From: Octopus vulgaris
Taxonomy: Eukaryota
DNA: 64,000 nt
NCBI GenBank assembly: GCA_951406725.2
Contig: OX597826.1
Location: forward strand, 81,406,001 to 81,470,000
Direction of reading: 5' to 3'
Both the position numbers and the translations under genes were made by a program. The notes beneath the pieces were generated by a model. It did no database searches, was not told where the DNA came from, and saw only the letters and a list, made by a program, of their open reading frames with translations. Shown here piece by piece: positions 35,920 through 48,415 of the stretch (position 1 is its first letter; the number at the start of each line of letters is the position of its first letter).

Positions 35920-36392
35920 TGATGTGGAGATTAACTTTACTCGTGTATACAAGTATAAACAAGACATCATAAAGAAGAATGGAGAATTAGGCATCTTCAA
36001 AACTTCTTTATTTCACGGTATTATTTACATTCACATTCGATGTCCCAACACATTTCTCTGCTGCATAAGTTTCTGATGTCCCTTCATGTAGCATTTATAT
36101 ATGTATTTAGTCAGTTCAGCTGTGGTCTTCTTCTTCTTCTCCTCCTACTACTCCCCCTTCTCCTTCTACTACTCCCTCTCCTTCTTCTACTCCCTCTCCT
36201 TCTTCTACTCCCTCTCCTTCTTTTTCTTCTTCTTCTACTCCCTCTCCTTTTTCTTCTTCTACTCCCTCTCATTCATCTTCTTCTCCTCCTTCTTTTTCCT
36301 CTCCTTCTCCTTCATCCTCTCCTCCTTCTTGTTCTTCTTCTTCTTCCAGACCAAAGTACTGTCTGTCTATGTGGAAGGGGTCACTTACAACA
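35920..36392 (-). mobile_element. 3' LTR of a Ty3/Gypsy element, containing a (GAA/GAG)n microsatellite
   Basis: Minus strand reads TGTTGT...ACATCA, preceded by a purine-rich tract. TATA-like TATATAAA (~36094-36101) lies upstream of AATAAA (~36007-36012). Confidence 0.65.
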
Positions 36393-37965
36393 TTCCACGT
36401 GTTTTCTCTGCTGCCATACCGTCTAGCAGGTCTCATGCTGTCCACTGCCAACTAACAGCTCGCACCTCACCAACCCTGCATGCCCATCTTGGCCCTTCCA
36501 GTGGGACCCGCAGGCCCCACTTCTGACAGGACATGCATACTCCCTCACTTCCGGTCTTTTCTTCCAACACAGCCTGGCTCATGACACACCCCGCCCCACC
36601 TGATCTGAAGATCATTCAACCAGCCTGCCCACATCCTCTCCTCAACCCTGACTACACACCTTAACTTGTCTCATAATCAGCCAACCAGTGAGGAGAGCAC
36701 TGCTCCCTCTGCGACTGCCGTGGGACTTCAGGACTGGCCTCAGTCCCTGGCATGTCACTGTTGGCTTCATCCTCTTGTCCATTACTGTTGGTTGCATCCT
36801 CCGATGCATTGATGATTCTGCGCACATCTAAAACATGACGTGGCATGCCATCTACAGAACACATTGTTCCTCAAATTTACAGAGGTTATTGTCCCCTTTC
36901 CTCGTTGTGATGTGCTCTGTGCATTTGAGGGTTTAACCCACACTTCTTCCCCAACCTGCACAAAGGCATTCTCTTTCTCTTCTGCGGGTTGCATTGATGC
37001 AGTACATGAATGTCTCCACTTGTACTTGAATATTACCCTGTGTGACACTGACTCCCCAGTCTGTCCTGACCTGGGCAACATATTATACCAAAAAATGGCA
37101 TCGACTGGCGAGATGTAGCCTCTCTCTGCCATGGTATTGATGGTGTGATGCTGCCTCTCCACAACCCCGTTGCCACTTGGCTGGTATGCCACCCTGAAGA
37201 AATGACTAGCATGCTGCTTGTCGAGCATTTCCTCCAGCACCTCCAAATGAAGCAGCTTCTCCACGGGGCCTCGTTCTAGGAATATCTCATTTAGTATTCT
37301 TGTGATTTCCTACACGCACCCCGTCTTCGTTTCCCGCCCTATAGCCAACCGCTCCAGTCTGCAGTTGACCATTGAGAGGCATTCCCCTGCCGGTAATGCG
37401 TCCACTGCCAGTTATTTCCAGTTGTGATCTGCTGGAATGCTTCCTGCCTCGTGCACACCTGGAGCAGGGGTTGATGAACTGGCACCTGTCGCAGCTCCCA
37501 ACTACTCTCTGCACACTCTGCCTGGTCGCGTCAGGGTCAACTTTCCTGGCTCAGAATATGGTCCTGTCCACCCCCATGTGATGCATGGTATGCAGTCTCT
37601 TCAGCTCCGAATCACGCTGTCGACACACTACAGCCACTCCTTGCTCCAGCACCTGCAACCAGGCTTCCTTTACTCTGGTTAGGATATCCGCTCTATACTT
37701 CTCAGAGGGCACAAAAACCACACTCAGCCTCAGGTCAAATTCGACAGCTAGCTCACCCAGAATTCCCAAGCGGCATCTTATCAGCATATCTGTGCTCCCT
37801 TTGGTTTGTACCCTCTGCTCACAAGTGACCACTGATCCCACCCATCTAAGTACAGTGGCTGAATCGGTCCAGATCTCGATGGTACACTGCCCCTACCTCA
37901 GGGCCAGGTTCACCCCCTTCAGCACAGTATCGAGCTCTGCCACGTTGATGTTGTTGACAACGATC
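36393..37965 (-). mobile_element. Ty3/Gypsy pol relic (RNase H, integrase zinc finger, integrase core)
   Basis: DSATVL.WV, VVFVPSEKYRADILTR, LHTMHHMGVDRT...VVGSCDRC (HHCC) and AYQPSGNGVVERQH, across several frames. Confidence 0.85.
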
Positions 37966-38523
37966 CGGAGATAGTGTATTCACCTCAATAGTCGTCATTG
38001 ATTGGTTGAAAATGCCGAAATGCAAGAAATTAAACAACAAATAGCTTACAAACTACAGAATTTTCCCAAGAAAGCCAAGAGAAAAAGATGTTTTATAAAC
38101 ACATTCTACCAGTATACAAAGTTTAAAAGTTTTTAGTTACAAAGAAATTATTAAAAAAATCTGCCGGTCAAAGCGAAAAGATCCTACTCTTTTTTTTAAC
38201 GAAAATGCCTCTCCCATCGTTTTTAATCACGCAGTGTCCACAAAATCAACCAAACTCTATCCGGGGTAAGGAAAGGAGGCGGAATGCTCCATCATTTTTC
38301 GAAATTTTACCTCTTTGTTTTTTGCGGAAACGTTGCGCCCCACCATTTCCAAAGGCACCGCGACCCCCCCCCCCCCTTGGAAAATCCTCATCAAAACGTA
38401 GAAATTCCAACTCGTGTGTGCAATCTATCGCTGACTCTGCTCCGCTAAGTTCAACTTTACCTTTCATCTTTTTGGGGTCGATACAGTATCAGTCAAATAC
38501 TGATGTAGAGGTATCGACTATCC

Positions 38524-38759
38524 GGTACTACTAGCGAACAGTGGTCCCGGTGTGCGCAGACGCGCATCTGGGGTTGCTAGTCGTGACTAGTCGATCCTAC
38601 GACTACCTAGCAAAGTAAATAAAACACAAAAACACAAAGTAAATAATTTTTTAAACAAAGTAAATAACACAAAAACACAAAGTAAATATCGACTAGTCAT
38701 GACTAGCTGGCGCGGATGCGCGAGTGTGCGCACCGGGACCACTGTTCTCGAGTAGTACC
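38524..38759. mobile_element. MITE with GGTAC-starting ~35-bp TIRs and a degenerate 9-bp TSD (Merlin- or MuDR-like), inserted in a SINE
   Basis: ggtactactagcgaacagtggtcccggtg / caccgggaccactgttctcgagtagtacc. Flanks cgactatcc / caactattc match at 7 of 9 positions. Confidence 0.8.
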
Positions 38760-39179
38760 CAACTATTCTTTCCCCTCTATACTAATTGATCTTGTACCTA
38801 AATCAGTAACATTTATTAATAAATCCATTGGAACAATCAAAGACTTGGGCTTGGCCTGCATTTTATGTTACTTCCCTTTGGAGCCAACTTTCACTTGTAA
38901 TTGAGTTCCAGGGACAAAACTTATTGTTTGTTTTTAATGTTCCAACAGGAGAAAGAAGGCTTTCAAACTTTATATGTCCACCTCATTATTATATCGAAAT
39001 TAGATTACATGTGATAAATTTCTAAATTATCGTACATTGGACTTGAAATTTTTAATCCGCCAATTGGGCCTTCATTTATGAGAGTATTTATTTCCGTTGT
39101 CACCGCCTGTGTTTTGACAAACAACTTTCTTCTTCCCAGTTCGATTCTTGCTCTCATCTTTTCTCTTGTTTGTCAATCG

Positions 39180-39209
39180 ATGGAGTTTTTGCCCGGTTCT
39201 TTTCTTTGA
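39180..39209 (+). promoter_or_regulatory. Upstream ORF (MEFLPGSFL*) ending 2 nt before the TMEM184C ATG
   Basis: ATG at 39180, TGA at 39207-39209, main ATG at 39212. Confidence 0.5.
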
Positions 39210-39211
39210 CG

Positions 39212-39456
39212 ATGGATTTGTTGCTAAGATGGAGACACTGGATTCGTCCGTTGGTAATGACTTTCTATGGCGTGTGCCTTTTGGTGGCCCTGCCCCTCTG
39301 CATCGTGGAACTGCACAAAGCTGGGGCTGAGACTCATGTGGAAGGTTGGTTCGTTGGAGGTCTGTTCGTCATGATGGCTCTACCGATATCTTTATGGGGA
39401 ATCCTTCAACATCTTATCCATTATACTCAGGCTCACCTTCAGCGTCACATCATCAG
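39212..39456 (+). CDS. TMEM184C: Transmembrane protein 184C (OSTalpha/TMEM184 family), coding exon 1
   Basis: MDLLLRWRHWIRPLV...PISLWGILQHLIHYTQAHLQRHII matches the TMEM184C N-terminus (WRQWIRPLV...[25 protein letters not shown]). Phase-2 donor GTAAGC. Confidence 0.93.
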
Positions 39457-40628
39457 GTAAGCATCAAAAAACCTCATCGCATTTCGCTTCTCCACAACTT
39501 TCTCCACACTGAACGTTTGCTTTTGTTTTAACCAAGAAGATTTATTGTCGGGTTGTGAAGGTTTCCATCTTCGTTCAGGTGCACCACAATTTCTTTTGCC
39601 CTCAACGCTAGATTTTTTGTGGCTCTTTTAATGAGTCTTAGGATTTTGCGCTTTAAAGCTCAACATGGCTCGAAGGTCATTAAGCTGCTCATAGGGCTCA
39701 TAATATGGTTTTGAAAGGATTTCATATCATGAATGAATGTTTTGGTTCCTTACCGAGGAGTATATAAGTAATCTAAATATTTCCTTTGGGTTTAACTGGG
39801 TTTCACCGTTGATCTTAGGATGTTTTGTTTCTAGCTGACTCAGCCCATGCTTGGGCAATCATGTGGTTTACTACAATAGAATGGTCATTCGACTAATTAT
39901 TCGAAATTATGCTCTGTTCGATGGTTCTACTTCCTGGAAGCTCGAAAGTCTGAGTATAGTTCATCTTTGATATAATCTGTCACAGCAGTTTGTAGATAAG
40001 ACAAAAAGTTTATGGGGTCTTTTGCTAAAAGTAGTCTGCGATTTCTTTTCTCTTGCAGAACTACGGCAACGATTTCTATGAAAGAATGGGGACCACATCC
40101 CGCTGACACCCTCAAATGGTTTTGCAGTTATTTCGCTCCTAGCTTTTAGAAATTCGGAATTGTTTCATAAATTGCTGCACGTTTACCTAATCAGGTTGAT
40201 TTTAGTCCAGATTCTTCCAGAAGTAGGTGGATACTTTCGGGTAGACAAGGAAGCAAAACAACAAAAACCACTTGAACATCTTAACATTTAAAAATATCCT
40301 GAAAATTTAGTTATACATATTTCGTAAATTGATAGCTCTGTTCTGTTATTGTCATAAGAGGGCGTATATTAACACGTGATGACAACTCCATCGAGACCAC
40401 TCTCCTTTACCTGTCTTTTTTGTTTCGTGTTTATTTTCAACTGTCACCTGAGCTACATTTTGTAATAGGAAGTGCAAAAAATATTTGGGAAAAGTATCTG
40501 ATGTTTTTATAGGTGTGTTCTTTAAGTGATATTCATACTTTTAACCAGGCGCAAGGTTGTGTAATTTTAAAGGGGATAAGTCAAATAAAGTGTGGTAGTT
40601 AGGTCGTTTACTCATTTATGCATGAATA

Positions 40629-41009
40629 TTCTTTTCTACTCTAGGCATAAGGCCCGAAATTTTTGGGGAAGGAGCCAGTCGATTTGATCGACTTCAGTAC
40701 GCAACAGGTTTTTATCGAACCCGAAGGGGAGAAAGGCAAAGTCGACATCGGCGGAATGTGAACTCAGAAATACCTATTTCTTTACTGCCCACAAGGGGCT
40801 AAACACAGAGGGGGCAAACAAGGACAGACACACGGATTAAGTCGATTATATCGACCCCAGTGCGTAACTGGTACTTAATTTATCGACCCCGAAAGGATGA
40901 CAGGCAAAGTCGACCTCGGCGGAATTTGAACTCAGAATGTAAAGACAGACGAAATACCGTCAGGCATTTCGCCCGGCGTGCTAACGTCTCTGCTAGCTCG
41001 CCACCTTCC
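40629..41009 (-). mobile_element. Dimeric tRNA-derived SINE with 14-bp TSD
   Basis: Flanked by tttatgc(a/c)tgaata at 40615-40628 and 41010-41023. Same two-body architecture as 5054-5450. Confidence 0.88.
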
Positions 41010-41071
41010 TTTATGCCTGAATAGATGAATCTATATAATTAGCGCTAGTTATATAATGCATTGGTCTGGGT

Positions 41072-41290
41072 CAGTGGTTTTCAACCAGGGTTTCGCGGAA
41101 CCTTAGGGTTCCGCCAGTACAGTCCAGGGGTTCTGCAAGAAGTTACAAAACTGCTAAAATCGGCAGTAATTTTTAAGTCTCCTGTGCAGATATGTGTGCA
41201 TAAGACTATTAAATTATTGCACAGGGGCTCCTCGAGCCAGTGGAATGTTTCCTTGGGGTTCCGCTCCAGCAAAAAGTTTGAAAAGCACTG
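41072..41290. mobile_element. hAT (Charlie-like) MITE with 8-bp TSD
   Basis: TIRs cagtggttttcaa / ttgaaaagcactg; TSD gtctgggt / gtctgagt. Confidence 0.88.
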
Positions 41291-42769
41291 GTCTGAGTGA
41301 TATCTTTCTCTCTCTCCATTGGTCATGGACAATTTTGTGGCCCGCGGAACTTCCTGAATGGCAAAGAATTACTTTGAATATTCTTAGTAGGGTGTCCCAC
41401 TTGATGATGTTCCTTGTCTCTTGTGATCCACTTCTTGAAAGAGGTTGCCCGTGTCAGCTCTACATAGTCACTCAACAGGCTAGAAATAAAAGCTAAATCA
41501 CCATCAAATTATGCCTTACTGCTTAAAAAAGTACAATACATTATATAATGTTGTCATAGATACACTAAAAGAGGGGGAAATCATGGCCAGTATACTGTTT
41601 ATGATGGATTGAAATACTAAAACAGAGGTGCGCAGATGTGTAGCGTGGGCGACTGTCAGTCAGGCTCCTCAAAGATGAAGGACATAGATATAACATCTGG
41701 AAAGGTAGCAGTGTTAATGTGGGCATTCTTTTAGGACAGAACTGGATGGATAAAATGATCAAGGTAACCCGAGTTCCTGATAAAATACTCAAAGCCTCAG
41801 CCAGACTCCATAAAATCTTCTGGGAAAATAACAGTGATAGTGTGGGGCTGTGGGTATAGTTTTACCAGAGAAATAGGTGGATAAAGGGGTCCAGGCAGTG
41901 AAAGTGTGTCATCTAATAAATAAACTTAGACATGCCGGTGGCACGTAAAAAGCACCCACTACACTCATGGAGTGGTTGGCGTTAGGAAGGGCATCCAGCC
42001 GTAGAAACACTGCCAGATCAGACTGGAGCCTGGTGCAGCCTTCTGGCTTCCCAGACCCTGGTCAAACCGTCCAACCCATGCTAGCATGGAAAACGGATGT
42101 TAAGCGATGATGATGATGAGAGTTAAAGTTATCAACACTGACAAAGAAGGGAAGAGGAGAGAACTTACATGAAGAAAATTGTCTGCAAAGAAGTATTCGA
42201 TTGAAAGGTATGCGTAAATTGAAATGTCTATTGGCCCTGATCCATCACCTTGGCTTATTATTTACCAACAGTGTAGTTTTCAGAGTATGCCACGTTGCGT
42301 TAAATTTTTACCCTCATGAAATTGTAATCCCCATATTTTACACATAGATTAATTTTTTTTTACTATAAAATTTTTGTTTTCTAGTTATGAAATTGTGACC
42401 ATGTAAATTTTAAAATGTAATTTTTTCAGTTTATGGGGAAAATGGAAAAAATAAGAGTGAATATTTATTAATCATGTTTCAATTTTGTTCATTTTTCAGC
42501 GACCAGCCATGAGAATCAAACTCATCTCCCTTTGATTTCCTATCAAGTGCTTTACCATTAACCTAAACTGCTTTACTGGCAATTTGTTCTGCAATTTAGA
42601 ACTTATAAAGTCATCCCAAAACGCTAGATATTTTTCAATGCATAAATATGTCTTTCTATTTGTACTTACAATACATTTCAGTGCTTCAAAAACAACTTAT
42701 GTTTATTTACATATGATGTAAAAAAAAAATCAATATTCATATAGCTACCCAATATCAAATGTTGCTACA

Positions 42770-43037
42770 CATCGCTGGTCACAATGTGCTTCACATTGTT
42801 TTAGCCTTCAAATGACGCCACCCCGCTGGCTAAGTAAGGAAGGCCAACAGAAGAAAGAGTGAGAGAAAGTTGTGGCGAAAGAGTACAGCAGGGATCACCA
42901 CCACCCCCTGCTGGAGCTGCGTGGAGCTTTTAGGTGTTTTCGCTCAATAAACACACACAACGCCCGATCTGGGAATCGAAACCGCGATTCTCCGACCGCG
43001 AGTCCGCTACCTTAACCACTGGCCATTGCGTCTCCAT
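42770..43037 (-). mobile_element. tRNA-derived SINE (octopus OR-type head)
   Basis: Minus-strand head ggagacgcaatggcccagtggttaaggtagcggactcgcggtcggagaatcgcggtttcgattcccag, with A- and B-box-like motifs. Confidence 0.75.
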
Positions 43038-43154
43038 GTTACCCAATATATTCTTCCTTTATTGAGACAGTTATGATTTAAATATGATGAAGCTGCTATT
43101 TTCTGGCAAGTTGAATGGCCATGTAGATATTCCCACATTACTTCAAACTTGGCT

Positions 43155-43517
43155 ACTGTTGTTGTTGAGCGAGCGAAGCGGTGTTCGTCCTCGTGGGAGA
43201 AGTCCGAAACGCGGTCCTTTGCTATTCATAAGACCCGCAGAAGAGAAAGCAGGTCAACCCCCGACACCGAGAGCATCGACGGATGGATGAATGCGCATCC
43301 AGGCTCAGCGGTTGCGTAGGATGTCAGGGACAAGAAACAGGAAGAAAGAGTGAGAGAAAGTTGGAGCGAAAGAGTACACCCCACCCTTGCCAGAGCCTCG
43401 TGGAGCTTTTAGGTGTTTTTGCTCAATAAACACACACAACGCCCGGTCTGGGAATCGAAACTGCAATCCTCCGACCGCGAGTCCACTGCCCTAACCACTG
43501 GGCCATTGCACCTCCCT
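43155..43517 (-). mobile_element. tRNA-derived SINE with the same head and a different 3' tail ending in (CAA)n
   Basis: Head and body shared with 42770-43037; the tail differs. Confidence 0.75.
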
Positions 43518-43618
43518 TGTTGTTGCTGTTGATGATGATAATGATATAGTACAATAAAGTGGTAGTGTCATAATATAATATTCTGTATACTAAAGCTGAG
43601 TTTTTCTTCTCTCTTCAG

Positions 43619-43655
43619 AATTCTATGGATGGTTCCAATCTATGCTCTAAATGCC
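43619..43655 (+). CDS. TMEM184C: TMEM184C coding exon 2 (37 nt)
   Basis: (R)ILWMVPIYALNA; ttcag acceptor, GTAAGT donor; phases consistent with neighbours. Confidence 0.93.
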
Positions 43656-44295
43656 GTAAGTTCTACCTATTGATTTATTCTTATTTTACTTTGAATTTGT
43701 TTCATTTGATAATTTTTTTTTTTGCAATAGTTCCCCAAGGTATTGCTTAATGGTTTGGCACCTGAAGCCATGTAACGACATGGTTTTGGTGTCCATCCGA
43801 CTGTGGCACTTTGGCATGTGTCTTCATCTTATAGCCTTGCACCGATCACTGTACTTTGAGTGAAATTAGTAGAGAAAATCTGGGTAGAAGCCTATCGTGT
43901 GTGTGTGTATGTATGTACATTATCATCATCATCATTTAATGTCCGTTTTCCATGCTAGCATGGGTTGGATGGTTCGACCGGGGTCTGGAAGCCATGGAGG
44001 CTGCACCAGGCTCTAGTCTGGTTTGGCAGTGTTTCTACAGCTTGATGCCCTTCCTAACGCCAACCACTCCATGAGTGTAGTGGGTGTCTTTTATGTGCCA
44101 CTGGCACAGTGGCCAGAGCAGGCTGGTAAATGGCCATGATCAGTTGGTGCTTTTATGTGTCACCGACACGGACACCAGTTAGGCGGCGCTGGCATCTGCC
44201 ACATTCGGACGGTACATACATATGTATATGCACATACACACACACATACATTCACAGACGCACACACACACACACAGTCATTTAACATGTCTTTC

Positions 44296-44540
44296 ATAGA
44301 AGGTGTTTTATGAAAAATAACTTAAGTTTTAACATCATCTCCTTCAAAATCCATCGGCCCCAGCATCCCTGCCACTTTTGAATTCTGACCTGGAAGTCGT
44401 TTCCCATAAGTGAGTCGAAGACCTTCTGTTATTCATTCTTGATTTTGACAATGGTGTTAGAACAGTGTCACTTAAGCTGCATCTTTCATCTTGGGGGAAG
44501 AGATGGAAGTCTGCAGGTGCCAAAAAGTCTGGGGAATAGG
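44296..44540 (-). mobile_element. mariner transposase C-terminal relic
   Basis: YSPDFLAPADFHLFP (mariner YSPDLAP.D..LF motif), truncated by an RTE fragment. Confidence 0.75.
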
Positions 44541-44939
44541 TCGGCTCAGAAACCTGGACATTATCAAAGAAGCTTAGAGGCGGTTGGATGGAACTTACAC
44601 TCACCTCCTTATGAGAGCTCAAAATCTCTCGTGGAAGCGTCATCCAACCAAAGTACAAATATATGGGAAACTACCACCTGTATCATCTCTTGTGAAAGGT
44701 AGAAGAGTCCAGTTTGCTGGACATTGTTGTAGAGCTGAAAACGAGGTAATTTCTACTCTCCTCCTCTGGAAGCCATCTGCTCGCGATACCGGAGGGCGCA
44801 CACTCTCCTACTCTGATGTAATCTCCAGGGATACAGGCATCCAGCAACAGGACCTCTGTAATGCTATGATGGACCATGAAGTCTGGTGTAACATATTAAA
44901 TTCCATTGTCTCGACTACGGTCGAACACTGATGATGATG
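44541..44939 (+). mobile_element. 3' fragment of the same RTE family as the intact element at 49783
   Basis: DGTYTHLLMRAQNLSW...IVSTTVEH* followed by (TGA)n. Confidence 0.92.
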
Positions 44940-45651
44940 TTTTTTTTTGGAGAAACTCACAAGTGAGGAGAGCATAGTGACAGGTTGCATTATCATCTCC
45001 ATTGTTTTTTCCCCAGTCTCCTCTCACATAATCTCATATAATGCAGGGTAATCTTAACAAGCAATCTGCACCCCCTCCTCTATCGTACTTCAGCCTCTCA
45101 ACGCCTGGCCTAAAGCCACCTTGCCTTTTTTCATTGAAGGGCTATTTTCTTTTGCAATAGTGCTGGTGTCACAAGAAAATAGTTCTTTCTGTCTATAAAA
45201 TGGTTGGTATTTGGAATTTGAAAGGGAATCTAGCTTTAGAAATCATGCTAAAACAGAATTGGAGCTTGATGCAGTATTTAGGTTTGTTGGACCCTCTCAA
45301 ATTGTCCATGCATAGAAGACACATGATGATGATGATGACACAGAGAATGAGGATTATACACACACACACACACATATATACACACACATATATATATACA
45401 TATATATAGAGGTTATGAGAGGTAATGGTGTCAATAAGAGCCAAAGGTGTCAGGTAATGCTGAGTAAGTGCTATGGACAGACCCTAGTTAAGCTTCAGGT
45501 TCTGTGATTATGTGAATAAGTTGATGGTATTGACTTATGCCTTCCCTGCAAAACAGTTGGCCTTTTGCTGAAATCAGGAGCCATTATCATTACTATCAAA
45601 GGCAGTGAGCTGGCAGAATCAGTAGAGCATCAGAAAACATATCTTGTGGTA

Positions 45652-46462
45652 TTATAATAATAATGAAATTATTGTATACAGTGCTCAGGTGCACCACAAC
45701 TTGTCAGAGTACATGCAGTAATGTAAAAATGTCTGGAAAGCGAACAATGTATGAGTCAGATACATGCTTGTGTGTGTATGGAGGGGAGAAAACCAGGTGT
45801 AGTGTTGACGAATCTCAGAAAACATGGAAGTTTTGAAGGATGCAGTGCTCCGACAACTAACAACTGATGCCGGCAGTCTGTTCCATGCTTCAGCAACTCT
45901 TAGCGTGAAAAAATGTTTCCGAAAGTCATGGGAGCTGTGCTGTTTTCTGACTTTGTAAACATGTCTACGGGTGTTAGACAGGTGGAGTTTGAAAAGTTGC
46001 TCAGAGTTATTGTTTGTACGATGGTTGATAATTTTATGGGTGTTTGCCAAGTCAGCTGCTAGACGTCGGAGTTTCAATGTGTCCATGCCCAGAGAAGTAA
46101 GGCATTCAGAATATGGCAAATGCCTGATGGAGGGTATTCTTTTGGTTGCACGTCGCTGAACGGCTTCCAGACGATTGATATCCTGGGCAAGATAGGGGTT
46201 CCAGACAGGTGATGCAAATTCCAGGTGAGGTCGTACCATAGCTATATAAAGCTGCAGAGATAGTCAGAGAGCGGCTCACAAAGGATTTGGTGAGTGATGC
46301 CAAGACACCCTCAGCCTTCTTGACAATTTTAGCGATGTGTTTTGTCCAATGCAAATCACTATTGACAATAACACCCAGGTCACGTTCACATGAAGACTTT
46401 TTGAGACTAGTGTTGTGGAGGGAGTAGGTGGATGCTGGGTTTCTCCTCCCAAAATGCATGGT
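45652..46462 (-). mobile_element. 5'-truncated CR1-clade LINE
   Basis: ERDLGVIV, VRPHLEFASPVWNP, LEAVQRRATK and FFTLRVAEAWNRLP; (TTA)n tail. Confidence 0.92.
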
Positions 46463-46616
46463 GGTATTGATTCTGGTTCTTCATGTTTTGACATCAAATT
46501 TTGTCGTAGTCAGCTTGGCCTGTCATCCTCTCGGGTTTGAAAAAGTCAAGTATCAGTGAAGTACTGAGGTTGATGGCAACAACTAACCCCTGTCTCCCAA
46601 AATTGTAGTTTTAGGA

Positions 46617-48018
46617 GTGGAAGCGGGGTTTGCAGATCAAATATTTGTAGTAAGGCAGATGTGGGAGAAGCTTTTTGGCAAAAGAGAGAGAGAGAGAGAG
46701 ATGTATTGGGCCTTTATGGACCGAGAGAGGGCATGTGAGTGCATGGATAGGGGTGCAATGTGGCAGGTGTTGCTGTTGTATGGAGGAGATAGTAGGTTGT
46801 TGAGAGCTGTCCAGAGTTTTTATAGAGAAAGTAGGACGTGTGTTAGGGTGGGTGGTGAAGTGAGTGCTTTGATGTGGAGGTGGGGTTAAGGCAGGGTTGT
46901 ATGATATCTCTGTGGCTGTTTAATTTATATATGGATGGTGTGGTGAGAGGTGAATGCTGGAACCTTTGGTAGGGGAGCCCAAATGGTGGGAGAAAATGGA
47001 GAGAAATGGCAGGCGAGCCGATTGTTGTCTGTTGTTGATACAGCAGTGGTGGTGGATTTGGAAGAGCAACTGAGGAGATTGGTGGTGGAGTTTGGAAGAG
47101 TGTTTTGAGAGGAGGAAACTGGAAGGGAATGTAGCTAAGAGTAAGGTGATGAGATGCTCGAGAGATGGAATGGCTGGTAGGATGGATGTGAGTATGAATG
47201 GTGAGGTGTTAGAGGAGGTGGGTGTTTTTAAGCATCTGGAATCACATGTGACAGCGGATGGAGGTGGCGGTGGCAGAGGAAGTGGGATATAGAGTGAGGG
47301 AGGGGAGTAAGACACTTGGAGTTGTGCAAAGTATGATGAGAGATAAAAGGTTGAGTACGAAAGCGAAAAGAGGTGTGTATGATGGTGTGATTGTGCCGAC
47401 AGTGTTATATGGTGCAGAGACGTGGGGGCTGAGGGAGGCGGAAAGGAGGCGACTAGATGTGTTTGAGATGAGATGTCTGAGGGCTATGGTTGGTGTGACA
47501 TGGATGGACAGGATGAGGAGGTACAAAGGCGAGCAGGAATGAGAGAAAACTAACAACCACAATGGATAGACGAATGTTGAGGTGGTTTGGCCACATGGAG
47601 AGGATGGATGATGAGCGGATGGTAAGGAGGGTGATGGAGGCAGAAGTGGTTGGCAGCGGAACCAGAGGCAGACCTCGGTTTGTGTAGATGGATGGAGTGA
47701 GGAAAGCTTTGGTGGTCAGAGGTGTTGGAGTGAGAGAGGCAAGAGAGTTTATAAATGATAGGAAAGCTTGGAGAGTGTTTGTGGATGGATGAGTGAATTC
47801 TGATGTTGCTCAAAGGGGTACGGAACGAGCATGATGTGGCAGGGGTAAACCAGCATATGCTGTCGGGCCCAGCTGCTGATATTGAGGGTTGACCTGAGCA
47901 TAGAAAGGGGCTTGCCTCTTTGAGCTGGCAAATGAATGGAATGCCTGGTGTGTGTCTTGTGGCTAAAAAAAGTGGGAAAAGGCCTGGGTATATAAAAAAA
48001 AAGAATTATTATTATTAT
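46617..48018 (+). mobile_element. Degenerate RTE/BovB-like LINE (a third RTE family)
   Basis: DQIFVVRQMWEK, AFMD.E.A, GLRQGC, NVAKSKVM, VPTVLYGAETW...DVFEMRCLR, LRWFGHMERM and RGRPR, with frameshifts. Confidence 0.85.
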
Positions 48019-48212
48019 TGGAAAAAATCATTAGCACATTGGACAGAATACTTGGCTGTATTCTTCTGCTTATTTATCAAATACTGTCATGGTCAATTTT
48101 GTCCTCCACCCTTTTGTGTTGATAAAATAAATATCAGTCAAGCCCCCCCCCCCCCCTGTACCAAAATTGAGACTCTTATTTTCTCTAATCCTCTTCGTCA
48201 TTTCTCTTTCAG

Positions 48213-48415
48213 TGGTTTGCGTTGCGCTTTCCACAAGCTGCAATCTATTTGGATACCCTGAGAGAATGTTACGAAGCCTATGTCATCTACAATTTCATGA
48301 GTTACTTACTCAGCTACTTGCATAACGAATATTCTCTGGAAGTTGTTCTCTCACTCAAAAGCCAAGTTAATCATTTTTTCCCATTTTGTCTACATCCTCC
48401 TTGGCCCATGGGACG
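48213..48415 (+). CDS. TMEM184C: TMEM184C coding exon 3
   Basis: WFALRFPQAAIYLDTLRECYEAYVIYNFM...HPPWPMG(R); canonical splice sites. Confidence 0.95.

Noticed and set aside
36040-36526. Poly-Leu and Phe/Ser-rich ORFs resembling membrane proteins
   Set aside because: Translations of a (CTT/CTC)n microsatellite inside the Gypsy LTR.
42960-43037. tRNA gene
   Set aside because: The tRNA-like sequence is the head of a SINE (second copy at ~43440-43517), followed by a SINE body rather than a terminator.
43185-43220. gaaacgcggtc motif suggesting a hammerhead in the SINE tail
   Set aside because: No CUGANGA core upstream and no compatible stems.
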